A DNA stretch of 64,000 nucleotides, from NCBI GenBank assembly GCA_903847975.1, contig CAINFC010000294.1, positions 811 to 64,810 of the forward strand. The letters run 5' to 3'. Positions 1-8,315 of this stretch are shown here, one piece after another; the first letter of the stretch is position 1, and each line of letters opens with the position of its first letter. Source of the stretch: an uncultured Acidobacteriota bacterium (GTDB lineage: Bacteria; Acidobacteriota; UBA6911; CAINFC01). The position numbers and the translations under genes were made by a program. Under the pieces are notes generated by a model that was not told the origin of the DNA, did not search any database, and worked only from the letters and a program-made list of their open reading frames with translations.

Positions 1-809
1 CTCCCGTAGGTCTGATAGACAGAGGCGGCCAGCTCCGGCGAATGCAGCTCCGGGGTGTCATGATTGGCGTCGAGCTCGAAGATCAGCAGATGATCGATGC
101 GCCGGCCCAGGGACGACAGGTGCCGGACCTTTTCCTCCCAGGTCAGATGGTGGAAGGAAAGGGAGCAGAGAGCCACGTCCACGTGCCTTTCCAGGCTTCC
201 GGCGATTTCCTGAATACGGCAGGTCCGCGAGCGGACGGGGGCATGCGGCAGGATTTCCCCAACGGTTTTTTCCGCCAGACGGCTCATGGCCGGAGAGGGG
301 TCGATCTGCAGAATCTCTCCGATTTCTCTGACCTTTCCCGATTCCAGCAGTTTGGCCACCAGCGCCGCTCCCAGGGCCCCGTTGCCGCAGCCGACATCCA
401 TAAAACGCAGCGGCCGGGAAAAATCCGGCAGGCTGTCGGCAGCCTGGCGCAGGAAATGCTCGCGCGCGCTGCGGAACACGGGGACCCCGGCGAAATGAAC
501 GAAAGGCGCCGGATCCTCGAAGGGGGCCGCGGCCATGGCGAAGCGGCCTTTCTGCCGCTCCAGGAAGCTGGTGACGAAGGCGTTCATGAACAGGCCGTCG
601 CCTTCCTCCAGAGCTCCGGCGGCAAACCAGGAACGGGCCGGACCGGAGAGCCCGGCGTTGGCCAGGCGGGAGCCCACAAAAAAGCGGAACATGCCGGCCA
701 GGTTGGAGCGCACCGCGCGGTCATAGCGGCCGGGAGCGGCTCCTTCGGCCAGGACTTCCCCGGCCAGCCGTTCCCACTCGGCCTGTTCCGATGACGATAA
801 GAAAAGCAT
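1..809 (-). CDS. Class I SAM-dependent methyltransferase (3' end cut by window edge)
   Basis: Minus-strand frame is open from the ATG (complement of 807-809) to position 1. Translation MLFLSSSEQAEWERLAGEV... contains FMDVGCGNGALGAAL (SAM-binding motif I, GxGxG) around 360-405. It is absent from the ORF track because it has no in-window stop. The listed +ORF 42..794 is its antisense shadow. Confidence 0.55.
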   Translation of the reverse strand, partial: MLFLSSSEQAEWERLAGEVLAEGAAPGRYDRAVRSNLAGMFRFFVGSRLANAGLSGPARSWFAAGALEEGDGLFMNAFVTSFLERQKGRFAMAAAPFEDPAPFVHFAGVPVFRSAREHFLRQAADSLPDFSRPLRFMDVGCGNGALGAALVAKLLESGKVREIGEILQIDPSPAMSRLAEKTVGEILPHAPVRSRTCRIQEIAGSLERHVDVALCSLSFHHLTWEEKVRHLSSLGRRIDHLLIFELDANHDTPELHSPELAASVYQTYG

Positions 810-836
810 AGGGTCCTTTCGATTCGGTGGCGGAAA

Positions 837-2123
837 TCAACCCGGCAGGTAGGGCAGCTTCCAGGGCTTGCGGTACTCGCGGGACACCATTTTCCGGGCG
901 ATCCGGTTTCCCCGCACCTGGCCGGCCCGCTCGTCCCACTCCACGCGTGCCGCGCTGCGGAAGGCCAGGTTGCCGAGGTGGGCTACGGCGGAAACGTGGT
1001 GGCCCACCGCCACGCTCTCCACCGGATCGCGCCGGCTGCGCATGCATTCCAGGAAATTGCCGGCATGCAGCACCCGCGAGCGGTCGTCGGCCTTCACCGC
1101 GTGCTTCTCCGCGGGGGCTCCCTTTTTGGTTCGCTCCGGGATGACTTCCCAGCCGCTCTGATCCAGGATCAGCGTGGCCTGCGTGCCGGTGAAGGCCACT
1201 CCGTGCTCCCGGCGATCCGGGCCGAGGTTGTTACCTACCTGGTGCTCGAAAATCAACCGGTAGGAGGGGAATTCGTATACCGTGACCTGGGAGTCGGGGG
1301 TTTCGGTATTGTCGTCGAGCACGTAGCGGCCCCCCGAGCTGATCACGGTCTTCGGCCATTCCGGGCCCATCCCCCAGAGAGCCAGGTTGATGAGGTGAAC
1401 GCCCCAGTCGGTCATCAGCCCGCCGGCATAATCCCAGAACCAGCGGAAGTTGAAGTGAAACCGGTTGGGGTTAAACGGCCGGCGGGGAGCCGGGCCCAGC
1501 CACAGGTCGTAGTCCACCCCGGAAGGAACCGGTCCGTCCGGAGGCTTGCCGCAGGGCTGCAGCCAGTCCAGGTAGGCCCAGACGCGGACCTGGCGGACTT
1601 TACCCAGTTTTCCCGAACGAACGAATTCGATGGCCTCGCGATAGTGCTCCCCGCTCCTCCATTGCGTGCCCATCTGCACCACGCGCCCGTGGCGCCGGGC
1701 GGCTTCCACCATGGCCTGCCCTTCGGCAATGGTGGCGGCCAGCGGCTTTTCGCAGTAGACATCCTTGCCGGCCTGGCAGGCCAGTACGGTGGGCAGGGCG
1801 TGCCAGTGGTCCGGGGTGCAGACCAGGCAGGCATCGATCTCCTTGTTTTCGACCACCCGACGAAAATCCTTCTCCGTCTGCGGAGCCCTGCCCTGCGCCT
1901 TTTCCAGCCGCGCCCGGGCTTTGGCGATGCGCTCGTCGTCGACGTCGCAGATCTGCGCGATTTCCACGCCTGGATGGGCCAGAAACGCATGGGTATCGCC
2001 GACCGAGATGCCGCCGCAGCCGATCAGGCCGATGCGGATGCGGTCGTTGGCCCCGGGGGCGCGTCGCGCGGCGGCCAGAACGGCGCCCGCGGACAGAAAG
2101 GTTCTTCGGGTTAGCGGATTCAT
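837..2123 (-). CDS. Gfo/Idh/MocA family NAD(P)-dependent oxidoreductase with twin-arginine (Tat) signal
   Basis: 428 aa. N-terminal RRTFLSAGAVLAA (Tat signal). Rossmann IGLIGCGGIS. EKPLA motif typical of the Gfo/Idh/MocA family. The +ORF 978..2114 is its antisense. Confidence 0.85.
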   Translation of the reverse strand: MNPLTRRTFLSAGAVLAAARRAPGANDRIRIGLIGCGGISVGDTHAFLAHPGVEIAQICDVDDERIAKARARLEKAQGRAPQTEKDFRRVVENKEIDACLVCTPDHWHALPTVLACQAGKDVYCEKPLAATIAEGQAMVEAARRHGRVVQMGTQWRSGEHYREAIEFVRSGKLGKVRQVRVWAYLDWLQPCGKPPDGPVPSGVDYDLWLGPAPRRPFNPNRFHFNFRWFWDYAGGLMTDWGVHLINLALWGMGPEWPKTVISSGGRYVLDDNTETPDSQVTVYEFPSYRLIFEHQVGNNLGPDRREHGVAFTGTQATLILDQSGWEVIPERTKKGAPAEKHAVKADDRSRVLHAGNFLECMRSRRDPVESVAVGHHVSAVAHLGNLAFRSAARVEWDERAGQVRGNRIARKMVSREYRKPWKLPYLPG

Positions 2124-2364
2124 AGCCAGTCTCCTGTTTTCATGATAATGATTGGATTCTAGGAACGGATCGCGGCGATTGTCAAGCGCCCGGGGGCAAA
2201 ACCGGTCCGCCCGGCCCGGGGGCCGGATCGCGGCTTCCGCTCCTCGGCACGGCTTTTCCCCTTGATTTCACGAAGTGCGGATCGTAAACTTCCCCTGGAG
2301 CAGTGTCGAAAACCATGCATGCACAACAACCGGCAGGAAACTGCGGATTCTTCTTTCTACCTTT

Positions 2365-4128
2365 ATGAAGCCTTACGACCTGCTCCTGGTGCACGCGCAC
2401 CGCGATTCCTTCGCTGCCTTTTATGAAGACGTCTCCATCGGGACCAACCTTCTGGCGGGCACGCTTCGGGCCCGGGGATTCGAGGTCGGATATTTTCGAG
2501 GCTTTGCCGTGGAGGCCGCCGCCTGGATCCGAGCCGAATGGCGCGGTCGGGGCGCCCGGGCCATCGGGTTCTATTGCGATTACGAAAACGAAACCCTGAT
2601 TGCCGAGATGGGCCGGGGCCTTCGGGCGGTTTCGGACCTCCCCCTGATCGTCGGCGGGCCGCAGGCCTGCTTCCTGCAGGAGGATTTTTTCCGGCGTTCA
2701 GGGTGCTGGGCGGCGGTGCGGGGGGAAGCGGAGGATACGGTGGCCGAGCTGCTGGCGCTGCTGCGCAACGGAAGCGGCAGTCGGGAAGGCATTGCCGGAA
2801 TCAGTTTTCCGGGGCCGGATGGCCGGCTGATCCGGAATCCGGATCGGGAGCCGATTGCCGACCTGAACGCTCTTCCCTGGCCGGACTTTACCATGGAAAA
2901 GAATCATGCCCATTGGGTCAGCCTCCCGGTGCTCTCCGGCCGGGGCTGCCCCTTCCGCTGCGGATTTTGCTTTCAGGGAGCGGTTTCCACCCGGGTGCGC
3001 CTGCGCAGCGTCGCCGAGGTCATGCGCGAGATCCGCCACCACTTTGCGGTTCATGCCAACCTGCGATCCGTATATTTTGTGGACGACACCTTTACCCTCC
3101 ACCCCGGGCGGGTCGGGGAGTTTTGCGAAGAGCTGGCGCGGCTGCGCCAGGAGCGCGATTTCGTCTGGTTTTGCGAGGGGCACGTGCAGACCCTGCACCG
3201 CTGGCCGGAAATGGCAGAGCAGATGGCCGCCGCCGGACTGGTCAAAATCTTCATCGGAGTGGAATCCGGTTCGGATCGGGTGCTGCAGCTCTACCGCAAG
3301 CAGACCACGGCGGCCATGATCGAAGAAACGGTCGGGCAGTTGGTCCGGGCTGGCATCCCGCAGGTGGTCGGAAACATCATCCTCGGCGGGCCGCAGGAAA
3401 GTCCGGACACGGTTCGGGAAAGCAGGGAGCTGGTATTCCGCTTGCTGGACGCCCATCCCGGCCGGTTCGACTGCCTCGGATTTTTCCTGGTTCCTTTTCC
3501 CGGCACTGCGGTGGCCGAGCAGCCCGACGCGCTGGGGCTGCGCCTGCTGGATCACGGGCGCAAGGCGGTGGTGGACGACATTCCCTTCACCGAAACGGAA
3601 AGCCTGTCCTTTCCCGATCTGTTCCGAATCCGGCGGGAGTTCCATCGGCAGACGCTCACCCGAATGCGGGAGCTGTTTCTGGCCGGCCAAATCCCTCGTC
3701 CGGTCCTGGAGTCGATCTATCATCTTCATGGCCGCTACGGGATCGGCTCGCGCTGGATGCAGAATATTTTCCGGCTCTACCCGATGTCCCACCGCTACTA
3801 TTCGATGCTGGCCGGGAAAGCGATCCGCTCCCCGAAGGGGGTATCCTGCGTAAGGATTCGGCGCTGGCGCCCGCGCCGGCTCTTCGAGATCTGGAACGGA
3901 GTCCGTTTTACCAACGGCTACCCGGAGCTGGCCGGAATACCGCTTTCTCCGCTGGAATATGAACTGCTTCTGCCGTGTACCGGGAAGCTGACTCTGGACG
4001 AAATCCTGGAGAAGACCTTCCCGAAATTCCAGGAGCGTTTTCCGGACCGGGCCGCCTTCCGCCGCCTGGCGCGGCAGCTTCTTCTTAAAATGGAAGCCCG
4101 GTGCTGGATCGGCTTTCACGAGGCCTGA
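2365..4128 (+). CDS. B12-binding (class B) radical SAM enzyme, paralog 1, with C-terminal PqqD-like RRE motif
   Basis: CxxxCxxC cluster SGRGCPFRCGFCFQG. N-terminal Rossmann-type cobalamin-binding-like domain (LLLVHAHRD...GFYCDYENE...IVGGPQA). C-terminal LSPLEYELLLPCTGKLTLDEIL. ATG at 2365 was chosen by alignment with the paralog 2 N-terminus. The track ORF begins at GTG 2275. Confidence 0.85.
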   Translation: MKPYDLLLVHAHRDSFAAFYEDVSIGTNLLAGTLRARGFEVGYFRGFAVEAAAWIRAEWRGRGARAIGFYCDYENETLIAEMGRGLRAVSDLPLIVGGPQACFLQEDFFRRSGCWAAVRGEAEDTVAELLALLRNGSGSREGIAGISFPGPDGRLIRNPDREPIADLNALPWPDFTMEKNHAHWVSLPVLSGRGCPFRCGFCFQGAVSTRVRLRSVAEVMREIRHHFAVHANLRSVYFVDDTFTLHPGRVGEFCEELARLRQERDFVWFCEGHVQTLHRWPEMAEQMAAAGLVKIFIGVESGSDRVLQLYRKQTTAAMIEETVGQLVRAGIPQVVGNIILGGPQESPDTVRESRELVFRLLDAHPGRFDCLGFFLVPFPGTAVAEQPDALGLRLLDHGRKAVVDDIPFTETESLSFPDLFRIRREFHRQTLTRMRELFLAGQIPRPVLESIYHLHGRYGIGSRWMQNIFRLYPMSHRYYSMLAGKAIRSPKGVSCVRIRRWRPRRLFEIWNGVRFTNGYPELAGIPLSPLEYELLLPCTGKLTLDEILEKTFPKFQERFPDRAAFRRLARQLLLKMEARCWIGFHEA

Positions 4129-4129
4129 C

Positions 4130-5920
4130 ATGAATCCCACCGCAAACAGGAACACCCCCTCTCCGTACGACATTCTACTGATCCATGCCCATCGGGACTA
4201 CTATTTTGCCGCCGCGGACGGGATCGCCATTGGAACCCTGCTGCTGGCCTCGGTTTTACGGGATCGCGGACTGCGGGTTGGCTATTTCCGCGGCTTTGCC
4301 GGGGAAACCGCCGGGTGGCTGCGGGCCGAGCTGGAAGCGACCGGAGCGCGCTGCGTCGGCTTTTACTGTGACTACGAGAACGTGACCCTGGTGGAATCCC
4401 TGTCGCGGATGGTCAAATCCGGCGGGGAAATACCCGTGGTGGTGGGAGGCCCGCAGGCCTTTGCGCTGACCGAAGAGTTCTTCGAGCGGTCGCGCTGCGA
4501 TTTCGCCATCCGCGGGGAGGCGGAAAGGACCCTGCCGGAGCTTCTGGAGCACCTTCTGGAGGGAAAGGGCTGCCGGGAGGCCATCGACGGAATCAGCTAT
4601 CCGGACGGCGGCGGGCGGCTGGTCCGAAACCGGGACCGGGAGCTGATCGCGAATCTGGATGAGCTGCCCTTCGCGGACTTCCGCCTGGAACGGCGCTGGC
4701 CCTACCAGAAAAGCCTGCCGGTGCTCAGCGGGCGGGGGTGCCCCTACCGCTGCGCTTTCTGCTTCGAAGGCGGCAACACCCGGACCGTCCGATACCGCAG
4801 CGTGGGCCATGTGATGGCCGAAATCCGGGAGAATCTGAACCGCCGGCCCGACCTGCGCTCCGTCTTTTTTCTGGACGATACCTTCACTCTGAACCGGCAG
4901 CGGGTGGAAGAATTCTGCCGGGAACTTTCGCAGCTGCGCCGGCAGCACGATTTCGTATGGTTCTGCGAAGGGCACGTGCAGACCATCAACCGCCACCCCG
5001 ACCTGCTGCCGGTCATGGTGGCAGCCGGCCTGGTCAAAATGGCCATCGGCATCGAGTCGGGCTGCGACGAAACGCTCCGGCTGTACAACAAGCAATCCTC
5101 GGCCGCGGAAATCGAAGCCGCGGTGGGACGCCTGGTGCGGGCCGGCGTGCCGCAGGTCGAGGGGAATATCATCCTGGGCGGGCCGCAGGAAACAAAACAA
5201 ACCGCCCGGGCCAGCCTGAACCTGGTCCTGCGGCTGCTTCGGGCCCATCCCGGAAAATTTTTCAGCGGGGCCTATTTCCTGACTCCTTTTCCAGGAACAG
5301 CCATCACCTGCGCCCCGGAGCGGTTTGGCCTGAAATTTCTGCCCCCGAGAGTGAAAAGCGGGCTGGACGACATCCCGCAGGCTGAAACCGAAGCGTTGTC
5401 GATTGCCCGGCTTTTTGAAATCCGGCGATCCTTCGTCCGCCGCGTCCATTCCGCCATGAGCCGGATTCTGCACTCCGGGAAAGTGCCGCACGACTCGATG
5501 ACCTCCGCGTATCGGCTGGCGGCCCGCTACGGCATCGCTTCGCGCTGGCTGCAGAACCTGACCGGGCGGGTTCCGGTCACCGACCGCTATTTCTCTCTGC
5601 TGGCCCGCGGCGGGGCGGTTTCCTCCCGCGGCATCCGGCGGGGGCGGCTGATGAAAATGCACCCGATGCGCACGTTCGAGGTCTGGAATTCGATCCGGTT
5701 TTCGGAAGGCTATCCGGTGATCCAGGGTTTTGCCCTTTCTCCCCTGGAGTACGATCTGCTGTGCGCCAGCAGCGGAAAGCGGCCGCTCGGCGAGATCCTG
5801 CAATCCGCCTTCCGGAAATTCGGGAGCAGCAGCGGCGATTATTCCGAATTCGAAAAGCTTTCTATGGGACGTCTGAAGGCCTTCGAGAAAAAGCACTGGC
5901 TGGCCTATTCCGAATTCTGA
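4130..5920 (+). CDS. B12-binding (class B) radical SAM enzyme, paralog 2, with C-terminal RRE motif
   Basis: 596 aa. SGRGCPYRCAFCFEG. N-terminal ILLIHAHRD...GFYCDYENV...VVGGPQAF. C-terminal LSPLEYDLLCASSGKRPLGEIL. Starts 2 nt after the paralog 1 stop, suggesting operonic coupling. Confidence 0.9.
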   Translation: MNPTANRNTPSPYDILLIHAHRDYYFAAADGIAIGTLLLASVLRDRGLRVGYFRGFAGETAGWLRAELEATGARCVGFYCDYENVTLVESLSRMVKSGGEIPVVVGGPQAFALTEEFFERSRCDFAIRGEAERTLPELLEHLLEGKGCREAIDGISYPDGGGRLVRNRDRELIANLDELPFADFRLERRWPYQKSLPVLSGRGCPYRCAFCFEGGNTRTVRYRSVGHVMAEIRENLNRRPDLRSVFFLDDTFTLNRQRVEEFCRELSQLRRQHDFVWFCEGHVQTINRHPDLLPVMVAAGLVKMAIGIESGCDETLRLYNKQSSAAEIEAAVGRLVRAGVPQVEGNIILGGPQETKQTARASLNLVLRLLRAHPGKFFSGAYFLTPFPGTAITCAPERFGLKFLPPRVKSGLDDIPQAETEALSIARLFEIRRSFVRRVHSAMSRILHSGKVPHDSMTSAYRLAARYGIASRWLQNLTGRVPVTDRYFSLLARGGAVSSRGIRRGRLMKMHPMRTFEVWNSIRFSEGYPVIQGFALSPLEYDLLCASSGKRPLGEILQSAFRKFGSSSGDYSEFEKLSMGRLKAFEKKHWLAYSEF

Positions 5921-5925
5921 ACGCC

Positions 5926-7677
5926 ATGCCCCCGCCCGAGAAGCTCTATATCCTGCTGCTCTATATCCAGCGCCTGGCGCCGGGAAGAAATTTCGAGCAC
6001 CTGGACAGCCTGGGAATCATGACCCTGGCGGCCTTTCTGGAAGACAAGGGCTACAGGGCGCGCACCTACACCGGGATTACCACGGATGCGCTCCGCGTGG
6101 CGGAGGAGGAAATAGGGCGGGAAAACCTGGGGGCCATCGGGCTCACCTGCGATTACGACAATCAGAGCGCGGTTATCTCCTTTGCCCGGGCCATTAAGGG
6201 ACGACACAGGATTCCGATCATCGTTGGAGGTCCGCAGGCTTTTCACCTGCGCTCCGGATTCCTGCGGGAGGCCCGCTGCGATTTTCTGATCAAGGGGGAC
6301 GGGGAGCAGGCGCTTTTCGAGTTGCTGGAGTGCCTCGGCGAAGGTCGGGATCCATCCGCATCGATTGCCGGCCTGACCTGTTTCGATCGGGATGGGGTCG
6401 AGAGGGAAAATCCGCCGAGGCCCCCCGGGCGAAACCTGGATGGGCGGCCTTTTCCCCGAACCCGCTACCGGCTGCGGCCGGGGAAGCGACGGGCGCTCTC
6501 GGTCATTGGCAGCCGGGGCTGTCCCTACCGCTGCTCGTTTTGTTTCGAGGGCGGAAACACCAAGCGGTTCCGCCCGCGCAGCGTGGGCGACGTGATGGCC
6601 GAGATCCGTCTGGGCCTGGAGGAGAACCCGGAGGCCCGGTACCTGATGTTCCAGGACGATACCTTTACCCAGCAACCAGACCGCACTCTGGCCTTCGCCC
6701 GGGAGCTGGCCGCACTGCGCCGGACGCGCGACTTCGTCTGGTTTTGCGAGGCGCATCCCGGCTTCCTGGTGCGTCATCCCGAAGTGCTGCCGGAAATGAT
6801 CGGCGCCGGCTTGCAGCGCATGCAGATCGGGTTCGAATCGGGGTGCCGGGGCACCCTGGATCAGTATCGGAAGGGAATCAGCCCGGAGCAGCTTCGGGAG
6901 GCGGTGCGGCTGTGCTGGGATGCGGGGCTGCCTCAGCTGGCGGGCAATTTCATCATCGGCGGGCCGGGGGAAGAGGAGCGAACCCTCACGACCACCCGTG
7001 ATTTTATCCTGGAGATCCTGAACGGCTTCCCCGGAATGCTGGACCTGTCCACCACCTTTATTAATCCGCTTCCGAATACCGAAATTACCCGGCAGCCGGA
7101 AAAATTCGGGATGATAATTACGGATCCGGAGATGTGCACCTCGCTGGAAGACTACCCGGTGAACGAAACGCTATCGCTGGACCGCGTGGCCATATGCCGG
7201 GCGAGGCGAAACATGGTGGAGGCGATATCCGCGACCATGAAGCGGCAGTATGCGGAAGGACTCATTCCTGCAGGCCGCATGAAAAGGCACTTCGAACTGG
7301 CTCTGCGATACGGAGTATCGAGCAGCTGGTTCAATTATGTTTTTTCGCGGGATGAAGTCTGCATGAGCTACCACACCCTTCTGCTCTTCACTTCCGCCCG
7401 GGGCATCGATGAAGCCAGGCCGGAGGAACTGCAAAGTGCCTTTCCGCTGCGCGTCGCCGACCCGGAAGGGATCGGACCCGGCAGGGGATCGCGCCTCGGG
7501 GCGCTTCTCTCCGCAGACGACCGAAGGATTTTAGGCGCTTGCGATGGTAAAACCCGCCTGGACGCCCTGGCGGCGCTCTTTTCGGGCAGGAGCGGCGCCA
7601 GCGCAGTGCCGCCGGATCCCTTCCTGAGCCGAATCGACGATCTGTCAAGGCGTCGCTGGCTGGTTTTTTTTCACTGA
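5926..7677 (+). CDS. B12-binding (class B) radical SAM enzyme, paralog 3
   Basis: GSRGCPYRCSFCFEG. N-terminal B12-like domain (GLTCDYDNQ...IVGGPQAF). ATG 5926 lies 6 nt after the paralog 2 stop. The track ORF start 5761 overlaps paralog 2 and is unlikely. The C-terminal ILGACDGKTRLDALAALF is a degenerate RRE-like motif. Confidence 0.85.
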   Translation: MPPPEKLYILLLYIQRLAPGRNFEHLDSLGIMTLAAFLEDKGYRARTYTGITTDALRVAEEEIGRENLGAIGLTCDYDNQSAVISFARAIKGRHRIPIIVGGPQAFHLRSGFLREARCDFLIKGDGEQALFELLECLGEGRDPSASIAGLTCFDRDGVERENPPRPPGRNLDGRPFPRTRYRLRPGKRRALSVIGSRGCPYRCSFCFEGGNTKRFRPRSVGDVMAEIRLGLEENPEARYLMFQDDTFTQQPDRTLAFARELAALRRTRDFVWFCEAHPGFLVRHPEVLPEMIGAGLQRMQIGFESGCRGTLDQYRKGISPEQLREAVRLCWDAGLPQLAGNFIIGGPGEEERTLTTTRDFILEILNGFPGMLDLSTTFINPLPNTEITRQPEKFGMIITDPEMCTSLEDYPVNETLSLDRVAICRARRNMVEAISATMKRQYAEGLIPAGRMKRHFELALRYGVSSSWFNYVFSRDEVCMSYHTLLLFTSARGIDEARPEELQSAFPLRVADPEGIGPGRGSRLGALLSADDRRILGACDGKTRLDALAALFSGRSGASAVPPDPFLSRIDDLSRRRWLVFFH

Positions 7678-7720
7678 TTCGGGTTTTGCACCGGAAAGCC
7701 CGGGAACGGAAAAAAATTCT

Positions 7721-7999
7721 TTAGCTGGCAGTCTGAACGCCGACGAAGACGTAGTCCACGCCGACAATGGACAGCCCGCCGGCGACCTTGTCGAGCTCCT
7801 CGTCGCTCATGGCTTTCTTGGGACCGGCGGCCAGGCTTTCCTGGGCGGCCTGACGGAATTCCGGGATGGAAACCTCGAATCCCTGCCTTTGGGCGATGCT
7901 GAGGAAATCCTCTTCCGACTTGGCCTTTTTCAGCTGGTTCTGAAGGTCGATGTCCGACTGGAGCTTGGCGACCAGGGCTTTGGCACTTTCTGCTGACAT
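7721..7999 (-). CDS. RiPP precursor peptide with Nif11-type leader, Gly-Gly cleavage motif and 17-aa core
   Basis: 92 aa: MSAESAKALVAKLQSDIDLQNQLKKAKSEEDFLSIAQRQGFEVSIPEF...AMSDEELDKVAGG|LSIVGVDYVFVGVQTAS. The N-terminus matches the Nif11 domain pattern (L..kl..d..Lq..l..a.s.ee...iA...GF). It ends with the ELxxVAGG double-glycine motif. SD GGGAGG lies 8 nt before the ATG at 7999. Confidence 0.8.
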   Translation of the reverse strand: MSAESAKALVAKLQSDIDLQNQLKKAKSEEDFLSIAQRQGFEVSIPEFRQAAQESLAAGPKKAMSDEELDKVAGGLSIVGVDYVFVGVQTAS

Positions 8000-8050
8000 G
8001 TTAAAAACCTCCCACGAAAATTAACATTGAAAGAAAGGAAAGAGGTAAAC

Positions 8051-8079
8051 ATTATAGGGGAAAAGGCGGTTCTTTGCAA
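8051..8079 (-). promoter_or_regulatory. Near-consensus sigma70-like promoter for the precursor peptide gene (TTGCAA-N17-TATAAT)
   Basis: On the minus strand, -35 TTGCAA is at 8079-8074, followed by a 17-nt spacer and -10 TATAAT at 8056-8051. This places the promoter about 50 nt upstream of the precursor ATG at 7999. Confidence 0.45.
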
Positions 8080-8187
8080 CCGGTGGCCCGCTTTTTTTTG
8101 TTCTGCCAGGCGCAATCCGTCGGCTTTCGGGCTTTCGCGAGAACTCTCCTCATTGGGACGGCAGAACCGCACCCCGTCCACGACTTC

Positions 8188-8273
8188 TTTCGCTATCGCT
8201 ATCGCTATCGAAAAGATCCCTTCGCGGGGTATGGCGACGGGTTTTTTGTTTCGATCACGATAGCGATAGCGAA
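8188..8273. repeat. Large inverted repeat: 26-nt arms containing (CGCTAT)3 hexamer repeats, 34-nt spacer
   Basis: Left arm tttcgctatcgctatcgctatcgaaa (8188-8213). Right arm tttcgatcacgatagcgatagcgaaa (8248-8273). The arms are reverse complements with 2 mismatches. The repeat lies between the 3' end of rSAM paralog 4 and the precursor promoter. Confidence 0.7.
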
Positions 8274-8315
8274 ACAAGGAACCCCATTGAGGGTTCCGGA
8301 CTTTTTGCGGCGCCA

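Noticed and set aside
42-794. 250-aa plus-strand ORF at the window start
   Set aside because: It is antisense to a minus-strand frame that encodes a clear SAM-binding motif (MDVGCGNG). The plus translation has no recognisable motifs and has Arg/Gly/Pro-rich composition typical of high-GC shadow ORFs.
978-2114. 378-aa plus ORF overlapping the Gfo/Idh/MocA gene
   Set aside because: Antisense shadow. The minus-strand product has Tat signal, Rossmann and EKP motifs.
2698-5896. Minus-strand ORFs 2698..4173 (491 aa) and 4256..5896 (546 aa)
   Set aside because: Antisense to rSAM paralogs 1 and 2. Low-complexity R/P/G/A-rich translations.
7678-7720. Bidirectional terminator between the convergent rSAM paralog 3 and precursor genes
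   Set aside because: Only a weak 4-5-bp CCGG stem (ccggaaagcccgg) with an A-run on the wrong side. There is no convincing stem-loop plus U-tract on either strand.
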